This document shows positions 54,334 through 64,000 of a stretch of DNA of 64,000 nt, piece after piece (positions within the stretch are counted from its first letter, which is position 1; every line of letters starts with the position of its first letter). The notes below the pieces were generated by a model that had not been told where the DNA came from, searched no databases, and saw only the letters and a program-made list of their open reading frames with translations. This DNA is from Octopus vulgaris. Taxonomy: Eukaryota. The DNA is taken from NCBI GenBank assembly GCA_951406725.2, contig OX597819.1, positions 132,122,001 to 132,186,000 of the forward strand, read 5' to 3'. Made by a program: the position numbers and the translations under genes.

Positions 54334-55856
54334 CGTGTGTGTGTTTATTGTATATCTGCATATAGTATGTATATATGCTTTGTGTGTGTGTGTGTGTGCA
54401 CATGCACTCACTTTGTGGATGGTTGCAAGACAGCACCCATTATTTGGTTTGTTGCTTCTTCCCTGTCACACACACACACCCACGCCCACCACTGCTGAAA
54501 GTTGTGTTGAGGTTAATATTCGGATGACATGCAGCACTACTAAATGCTTTCTCTTGTAGGTTGTCTTCATTATATTCTGTGAGTGCATAATATAATCAGG
54601 GGCTGAGAGGGAGGGGAATTCCTCTTGTACATTCTGCCCCCTTGATTCTTTTTCTCCCCTGTAAAATCATGGAATTGTGGCACTTTGTAATTAGAACCAT
54701 TTCAAAACCATACAGTTTGAGACTGCTCCTGTTTCTCTCTGGGGTGGGGTGGTGGTGGTGGTGTCTCATTTTAAAGTCTTCCTGATTTAAAAAGAAAAAA
54801 AAAGAAGCATGCATTATAATTCAATAGAGGAATATTTTCGCTTTGTTCCAATCAGTTTGATAAAAAAAAAATATATAAAAAAAAACTTGTTTTACTAAAA
54901 TCCCTCTGAATTCTTAATTATTTTCAAAATTTATTGAGACCCTTAAGCAGTGTATATTTTAATTGAAATATGCTAACGAAAGATTTAATAAGTGTTTCTG
55001 TGGGTGATACCTTGGTTTTGGTGATTCTGTTTTGTGATTAAATCCTGCCAGGATCAATAAAAAAAAAAAAAAAAAAGGGACTTGTGAGGTAGGTGAGTGT
55101 GGTGGTGGACTAGTGCAATCAGAATGGGCCTCAACTTTAATTACTAGAAACAGCAGGAGTGGAAACGTTTTTTTCCCCTTTCTGTGGTGGGTCTCAAGAG
55201 AAACTGCTTTCAACGCATTCTCTCCCCACTTACAAATTGGAATCCCACCTGTAAGAAATTATTACCAGTTATATACTAGGGTCAGTGAAATTGACTTACC
55301 CCCCTCCCACTTTTCTTTTTAAAAAATTTCTGGCCTTTTACCAATATTAGAAACATTATATTATTATTATTATTTCTGTATGGCCCCATAGGAACTGTTT
55401 TGTTTGTGATATCCTAATTTCTCTCTTTCCTTGATTTAAGTTAAAATTGCTTCTTATTTAGGTTTGGAGTTTGGTTTTTGCCGAATTCTTTACTTTGAAA
55501 AACATAAGAAGAACAGTAACGATGGACAGTGTGTTGTCAGTATTATTATTATTATTATGTAAGATTTCCTCCAATGGTGATGTCTACCAAAATATGAAAG
55601 GGGAACACCCAACAGCAGGGATCTGTTTTTAGCTCATTTCGAAACTCTGGTGATTTTTACAGTTTGGCAGTTTTTTTTGTTTTTTGTTTTAATTTAAAAA
55701 CCTTATTGAAATGCTGAATTGATGTTTCAATATACTTGTTATACTTCGTTAGCTTGATTGATGATCTGTAAATTATTCTGTATAGAAAGCAAAGAAGCTC
55801 TATATGGTGGCTTGACATCCTAGAAATAGCAACCAAGGCTTCTCTGAATATCACTT

Positions 55857-55889
<33 letters not shown>

Positions 55890-56683
55890 GACAGTCTTAA
55901 AAATGGAAAAGACATATGTAAAGCTACATTCTCTTAAAAAGATGAGGTGGTCACAACTGGACTACTGATTAAAGGTTGACCTAATCTATCTTGGGGTTAA
56001 ATAACAAGTTTTATTTTTTCCCCCATTCCATACATAGATTCAGTTTTAGTTAAGATTTTATTTAGAAGAAACAAAGCACAATATATTTTCTAAATTTTTG
56101 AACCACCCCCAGGCAAAGTGCATTGTGGCATTTTGTCAGTCTTTACGTTCTGGGTTCAAATTCTGCTCAAGTTGACTTTGTTCTTCACCCTTTTGCAGTC
56201 GATTAATTAAGTACAATTTGAGCACTAGGGGAGCTGATGTAATCAACACCCTCCCCCGATCTTGCTGGCCTTGTGCCACAAATTTGAAACCGAAGTATAA
56301 GCTATTTTATATTATGTGTATAAATTGTTTTATATAATATCATTTTTGTATAAAATATTTTTCATTACTGGTTTATTAGTTCTAACCCAAGGAAGGCTTC
56401 AGATATGCTGGTTTATGTAATACCACACACACACACACACCTTTTAAATACATTTCATTTTAATCTCTATTTGTCTGTGCTTCAAATGAAAATCCTTAAG
56501 GCCAATTTCTTTATGGCTGGATGCCTTTGTTTTGCTAAACCTCACCAGTTTCCACCTAAGGAAATGTTTTCTCTAGTCTTTGAAGCATGAAGAGCCCAAT
56601 GGCTGGACACGTTCTCACAGAATATTGCAAACAACCCCTAGTACAATAGTGACATTTGTTTATAATTGGCAAGCGATGCCAAG

Positions 56684-56719
<36 letters not shown>

Positions 56720-57111
56720 CAAACTTGTTTCAGTTTCTGCCTACCAAATCCATTCAAGGCTTTCATTAGAAGACATTTGCCTTGGAGGTACCCAGGAGCG
56801 GGAGTGTATGTCAAACCCTTTGGTTACAAAGTGAACTCCTTAACCACCCAGATGTGCCTCTGCCTCACATATGCGCGTGCACACACACACACACACACAC
56901 ACACGCTTGTTCAAAAGTTCGTAACACAGCTGGATTCCTTTAGTAATGTCTGGAAATATGTTTTAATCTATTTACATTAACCTATGTGTGCATGCATTTA
57001 TATGTAAAGTGCCTATATAATATATATATTTCTATATTTGTGTGTGTGTATATATATCTGCCCCCCCCCCCTCTATATACATAAAAATAATGTATATGTA
57101 TGTATATATGT

Positions 57112-57146
<35 letters not shown>

Positions 57147-57157
57147 GTGTATGTATA

Positions 57158-57195
<38 letters not shown>

Positions 57196-57230
57196 ATGCT
57201 AGCATGGAAAGCGGACGTTAAATGATGATG

Positions 57231-57262
<32 letters not shown>

Positions 57263-57427
57263 TGTATGTGTGTGTGTATGTGTGTGTGTATATATATATA
57301 TATATACATACATACATACATACATATTATAATGTATATTTCCATATTTGTGTGTATGCATCTGCCCCTCTCTCTCTCTCTCTGTATATATATATATATA
57401 TATTTATATAATGTATGTGTGTGTATG

Positions 57428-57471
<44 letters not shown>

Positions 57472-57527
57472 TAATGTGTGTGTATGTATGTATGTGTATA
57501 TATATATATAATGTATGTGTGTGTATG

Positions 57528-57571
<44 letters not shown>

Positions 57572-57625
57572 TAATGTGTGTGTATGTATGTATGTGTATA
57601 TATATATATAATGTGTGTGTATGTA

Positions 57626-57679
<54 letters not shown>

Positions 57680-58581
57680 TTAGTTGTTTGCCGGAAGCAG
57701 TGGAATCTTGTCTTCAAGCACTGCCAATATATGGTGTGTGTAGACAACAGAGGTTCCCTTTAAGAAAAGAAGCCAGCTGCTTATTTTCTGGTTAGCTGTG
57801 GAAGTCGCATCACTCATTGCTTTTGAAATGGGTGGTTTTTAGGGAAGAGCATTTCAACACTTTGGTATCTAATGGAATTTATCATGGATATTATCTTGAT
57901 ATTTCTCCGTTATGCAACGAAGGAACATTTGATAGAATTTGGGTTTGCTTGTGGATATTGATGTTGATAACAGCAGAAAAATGGTTGGAGCATTTTGGCA
58001 TCACAGTTATATATAAATGTTTTTATCCACTGAACAATTTAGAGGAAAAAAGAAACTCCAACCATTTTTGTAATATTCTTGATTTTGTTCTCCCCTTCAA
58101 TATTTTATTTATCGTTAGTGAAATTTAAGTTTATAAATAAATTCATAATTAAAAAAAAAAATTATGTTTCTTACATTGATTTCCTTTACTTATTTAACCT
58201 GATATGATGTTCATATTTTAAATTTATTCTGTATTAACATCATCATATTTTTCCTTGTTTTTTACCTGTAAACACCTGACATTTGTGTAGATGTATTCCT
58301 CACTTATATAGCAGCAGAATTCTTGTGATGCACAAAATGTCTTATGTGGTTTCATTACATATCTCTAGGTTCTGGCTTCAAAGTTCAATGATAAATGACT
58401 ATACCTGTATGTTGAAAACTTGTGCTGGTGGTGGGTGAGCTAACCCTGCAAAGTTTGCCCTATGTCAATGTTTAGAAGAATTTTAAGTGATTTGCAAAAA
58501 TATTGGTTGTAAGATTTTTTTCTTTTTAACTGATTTTAACAAGAGTTAAATAAATCCATAATTTTTTTTCTTTTCATTTAG

Positions 58582-59343
58582 ACGGTGAACAAGATGTGAA
58601 ATCTGAAGAGGGTGAGAATAAAGACGGCAAAGGAGAAATGTCAGCCCAGAAGCGCTCGTTTCCTTGGAATGGTGAAAATGGTCGTCCATCAAACAAAAAA
58701 AAGAAAGCTCATGGTCCTACCCTTCCCAAGAATGCATTAATGCAACTCAATGAAATTAAACCGGGTTTGGAATTTCAATTAATGGGTCAAACTGGACCCG
58801 TTCATGCTCCGACATTTAACATGAAAGTGGAGGTGAATGGCGAAATCTTTGAAGGAGCCGGTCCAACCAAAAAGAAAGCCAAACTTCAGGCTGCTGAGAA
58901 AGCTCTGAGATCTTTTGTTCAGTTCCGTAATGCATCCGAAGCTTACCAGGCGATGGGCAAAAAAGTGAATTCGTTAGATTTTACATCAGATACGGCAGAT
59001 ATCGGTACTTTTATCAATGATTTTGAAGACAAAATTGAAGGGGAGAATAACGAAGTAGCACAAGGGGTTTCCAAAGCCAATGGCTCGCATACAAACCAGA
59101 AAGCTACATTAACACCCCAGCCTGCAGGTAAAAACCCTGTGATGATTTTGAACGAGTTAAGGCCAGGCTCAAAGTATGAATTTGTTTCTGAATCAGGTGA
59201 GAGCCATACGAAAACATTTGTGATGCAGATTACAGTGGATGGCATTGATTTTGAAGGTACTGGCCGCAATAAGAAGCAAGCAAAAGCAAGGGCTGCCCAG
59301 GCTGCCCTTGCACAGGTTTTCAATATGCAACTTTTCCCACCTG
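58582..59343 (+). CDS. ADAR2: ADAR2 (double-stranded RNA-specific editase 1) exon encoding NLS, dsRBD1 and dsRBD2
   Basis: [19 protein letters not shown]...[10 protein letters not shown]...[35 protein letters not shown]...DFTSD...[14 protein letters not shown]...SESGESH...[16 protein letters not shown] closely follows vertebrate ADARB1. Acceptor ttttcttttcatttag|AC and donor CCTG|gtaagt. 762 nt, phase 1-1. Confidence 0.96.
58647..58708 (+). other. Bipartite nuclear localisation signal ([20 protein letters not shown])
   Basis: KR-x13-KKKK directly before dsRBD1, at the same position as the basic NLS of vertebrate ADAR2. Confidence 0.7.
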
Positions 59344-59782
59344 GTAAGTACCTTGATGAGTCATCTCTTTTCATTCTTGTTTATGACTGACAACTCGACT
59401 TAATGATCTTCTCGATTTCCCTTTAATATCTTTTCAACTACATTTGTTGATGATCATAAGAACTTCTAATGTAAAGACTTGATATTTCAAATGTTAGTTT
59501 ATGTTGTAGCTATTAACCCTTTCACCGGTATCTACATGTGTGTGTGTATGTGTGTACGCACAAACTCACTCACCACACACACACACACACACACACAGGT
59601 GTGTCCATATACACACACATACACACCTACACTATATATGCACATATATAATCATATATATATATATATATTGATGTGTATATATATATATATATATACT
59701 TAAATGTATAAATATGTTGGTATGTGTATATATTTGTTAATACATCTATAATATTAGTGTTTGTATATATGTATTTTTTTTT

Positions 59783-59815
<33 letters not shown>

Positions 59816-60748
59816 TTGTGTGTATATATATATATATATATATATACACACGTATATATAATATACATGTTTGTATTTTATATAATGTAGATATATGTAC
59901 ACGCCTTTCTAATTATATGCATATATATATATATATATATAAGTAGATGTGCATTTGTGTATGTATAACTGTATTATAATATATTGTTTGTGTTTGTTAT
60001 GCTTGCTCCCTTGTGTATATTTAGGTATATGTATATCAAGATAACACAAGTGTGTGTCTGTGATATAATTTCTGTGTGTGTGTGTGTGTGTGTGTGTGCA
60101 GGGAATGGCATTGAGTATTTTGGTGACCTTTTGCTTGCTCTTGAGGTCACGATGCTCCTGTATTGCTGAGTTTACCATCCTTGTTGGCATTGGATATCTT
60201 GCCCTGAATTATCCCAGGGTCATTCCAGCAGGGTGGGAGAGGGTCTGTGAGGTGTTGTGCAATCACTGGCATGGCAACCATCTGATGCCTAGTTGAGCTG
60301 GAGGGTGTCACAGTGTGCCTGGAAGCAGTGGACATGAACCCAGATGAAACCAACCTTATGCTTGGGCATTGCAGGCATTTTACATGGGCAATGGTCAGTG
60401 ATGGTCTTCCTCGGTTACGAGTGGACAGCCATCATCAATCCATAGAAGTGAAGCCAAATGATATGTGTGAGTGCTTAGTCTTTGTCAGGTGGAGCTCACC
60501 ATGGGTGGTTTCTCTGACTGTGATGACCTGTCCAACCCATGTCAGCATGGAAAACAGGTGGGAAATGATGATACATATGTATGGATGTACATTATATGTG
60601 TATAGATGTGTACATATGGATATGGGCTTTGTATGTAGGTATGGATATAGGTATGTATGCATGGCTATATAGATAAGTATATATATGTATGTACAGAATG
60701 CATATATATATATATTTGTGTATGTGCATAAATATATAGCAACATGTG

Positions 60749-60786
<38 letters not shown>

Positions 60787-63700
60787 TAAATGTATATGTA
60801 TTTGTGAGTGTGTGTGTGTATATGTTTGTGTATACATATATTTGTTAGTATATATATTGATTTGTGTATGTCTATATATATATATATCGTTGCTATTATG
60901 CTAAAGTGTCATTAGTCCAAAACGTAGCTTTTTCAGAAAAGGAAAAAATAGTTTCACCATTCCATAGCAAAACCATTCTACTACACTTTGACAGTTTTTG
61001 ATATCTTGGCATCTGAAGCAGCTGGAGATACGATAGTTTGACCAAAAGGACCGGCTATTGCAAGCAAAAATAAGTATTGAAAAAGACAAAAAAAAAAATG
61101 CATTTGGCCAAATTTGGACACACCACACTCTAACATAATAGCAACGGTGTGTATGTGTGTGTATGTATGTGTGTGTGTATTGATAAATTTCTGTGATTGT
61201 GTATGTGTGTTTAAATGAAGATGTGTATGTATAGACATATGTAACCAAGCGTGTTTGTATATGTGCATGTGTGTGTGTATATATATACATATATATGTAT
61301 GTACACACACACACACACACAAATGCATAGTTGTGTTTGTATATATGTGTGCACAGTTATATATGAATGCATATATAGTATCCACACACACACACACACA
61401 CACACACTTATTCCCAAGCTTTCTGACTTTGCCATTCCTTTTTGACTTCTTTCTTTCCCGTGTCAATCCATGATCGTTGTTTGTTTTCAATGTTGTTACT
61501 TTGGAAATTCCGATCCAGTTTCGGTGCCATGTTGATGCTGAAAAGGAATGAAGTCAGGTGTTCTCTTAGACTGCAGTCAGAAAGTTGCAAATTTCTTTTT
61601 TTTATTTTTTTCCCCCCGCCTCCTTTCCTATTTTTTTCTCTTATGTTTCAGTTCTGTTGGTATCATTACCGATGGAAGGGTTAAAGTCATTTATTGTTTT
61701 TTTTTCTTTTTTGTCATTAGTCTTTTAAATCATTATTCATAAACCTCTAAGGATTAGTTTAAAATTTAGTGACTTAGCCATACTGAATACCTTAACTGTC
61801 GTGCTTTTATATGTAAACCTGTTTAAAAAAAGAAAAGAAAAGAGAACGTCTGCACCCAATGTAATCTTAATTTACTTCCTCTTCTGACGAAATCACGACA
61901 GATTCTCTGATTAAATGGACAGAGTGTTATTTCTTATGAAATGTTGAAGTGGCAAAATGTTGGAAGAGCAACTTGTCAAAGGAGAGTCTTTTTGGACTCG
62001 AATGTTTGGTCCTTTGGCATGAAGTTCTTTCACCATTATGTCACTTTGCCATTTCACAGAATATAACTTGAAAAACTGACCGAGTGAAGGTACCGACACA
62101 CCCATACACACCGAAAGATTCAGTATCATGTTGTTAGTTGTACTGATGATGAGGTACCTGTCTGCTGGTCAGTGGCAATAATCTGTGGAGTGGCAAAGTG
62201 AGGGAATGGTGTCAAGACATCCTGCTGCTATTGTGAGAACCACAGTGCACTGTATGAGCTTGTGTTTATATACCATTTCGACACTTTGCTTGTCTTTATA
62301 TATATAACATTGCTTTATTTCTTTTTTTTTTTTTTTATTTTTTTTTGCTATTCTCCAGAGAATGAGCAATCCCGGAATTGATTGGTCCTCAGAAACAAGC
62401 TGGGAACATAAAAAAGTCTGACCAGCTAATCCTCCGGGGCTTTTTCTGTGATACTAGCTTTTGCAGGTCAGCTCTGATGGATATTTCACTTCCAAATAAG
62501 CTGATTTATTATCACATTTCAGTTCTAGGAACACCTGTGCAGGTACTCCACACATTTCTGATAATGCTACCTTTTTGTGAAGAAAAAAAAAAACAAACAA
62601 ACTTACTCATTTTCCCCCACAACTCATAACCACTTTGCCAACTCTAATTTATGATAGGGGAAAAATGGGTGGTGGAAAAACCCACATACATACACATATA
62701 TATATATGTATATGTATATATATATGCATATATATGTATACATGCACACATTTGTGTATAGAAAGAAGCCAGAGGAAGGAATTACTCAATCTAAACAAAT
62801 AGTAATATATTATTTATTAGAAGCTGAAACTTCACAAATTGTTACTTCTGAGTTTCACCTTGCCAGTAGAATTGTTCCAAGATTGGCAAGGTGAAACTTG
62901 GAGGAACACCTTGTGAAACTTCATTTTCTAATAAATAATATATTTAGAAAACCTGAAAGTTGGTCTTTCTGAATATCTTCAAATCTAGGTGCTGCCATTT
63001 GTTTTTTCCATTAACCAAGTTTACTTGTCTTTCTTTCTAAACCTTGTTCTCTTGTTTTTATGTTTCATGTTTTTTTTTTCCCTTTTGTTTTATTTCCTGC
63101 CTTAGGAGGGAGAGAGAGGGAGAGGAGAGTGGAGGTGTTTTTCTGTCTTTTTTTTAAATGTCTTTGCAGAAATGAGTAAATTCCATGTAGTGTGGGTGGA
63201 AATCGAAGTTCCTTACCTGCCTTCCTGGTTATTATGGAATCATCATCATCATCATCATCATCATTTAGCGTCCGTTTTCCATGCTAGCATGGGTTGGACG
63301 GTTCTGCTGGGGTCTGTGAAGCCAGAAGGCTTCATCAGGCCCAGTCAAATCTGGCAGTGTTTCTACGGCTGGATGCCCTTCCTAACGCCAACCACTCCGT
63401 GAGTGTAGTGGGTGCTTTTTACGTGCCACCCGCACTGGTGCCAGCCCTAAGAATTCAACTGTTGTAAAACCCCAACAGGTGATGACTAATCTGGAAATCT
63501 CTTGTACGAGATTCATAGTTTTCACTAATAACACAAAAAATTCTTCCCCATAGAAGCTTGATTCTCTTTGGCATAATTGCAGAGGAAGTTGTCAAAGATC
63601 AAAATATTTGAAGTGAAGATTTTTTTCTCAAACTTTAATTCCAATCCTCCGTCCACGGAAATGAACCAAGTCTCTGCTTTATTGTGACACCACCAACCAG

Positions 63701-63911
63701 TGATCGGAACCTTTTTCAAGGGCTTTGCTTGAATTCTGGGCAAATACACCTCATTTACCCCTCAATCTTTTCTCATGTCCAATGAATTTATATTCGGCAA
63801 AGGCCAGAGATAGGTGTGGTGTTCTGTTACCTGTTTAATCCTTTTGATTATATAAAACCACTTCATTTAATTCCATAGAAATACTTTGATAGGTTTAGAT
63901 TCTGAATAACA

Positions 63912-63952
<41 letters not shown>

Positions 63953-64000
63953 TATTGAAGTATGAAGACTGACTATGACCATAGAGGACCAAAGAGTGCA

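Noticed and set aside
58943-59374. 143-aa minus-strand ORF
   Set aside because: Antisense shadow of the ADAR2 exon with no independent coding signal.
61879-61925. Sense-strand hammerhead-like motif (CUGACGA, AAUCA/UGAUU stem)
   Set aside because: Lacks the G of GAAA and has no UH cleavage triplet with stem III.
59344-64000. Deaminase-domain exons of ADAR2
   Set aside because: No HAE or PCG motif or other ADAR-like translation was found. These exons presumably lie downstream of the window.

Overview
Eukaryotic, AT-rich, microsatellite- and SINE-dense DNA that looks like a coleoid cephalopod (Octopus-like) genome; the organism is inferred from repeat content and protein style. The window covers the 5' part of a plus-strand ADAR2 gene (A-to-I RNA editing enzyme). 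Two coding exons are well supported. 24782-25102 is a 321-nt, phase 1-1 cassette encoding one extra dsRNA-binding domain, equivalent to the optional exon of squid ADAR2a. 58582-59343 is a 762-nt exon with the NLS, dsRBD1 and dsRBD2. The deaminase exons are not in the window. The introns carry decayed mariner, RTE and CRE-like elements, Helitron, piggyBac-like and hAT-like non-autonomous elements, several SINE families and Penelope-type hammerhead ribozyme motifs. Most notable observations: (1) the extra dsRBD exon looks like a duplicate of the 3' end of the main exon, including its splice donor; (2) a CpG-rich internal domain holds a candidate alternative first exon with an Arg-rich N-terminus; (3) a 3.1-kb (U-purine)n tract is self-complementary only on the sense strand; (4) many inverted repeats and a pre-miRNA-like hairpin could make the ADAR2 pre-mRNA its own substrate. 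Almost all ORFs in the supplied track are microsatellite or SINE artefacts.
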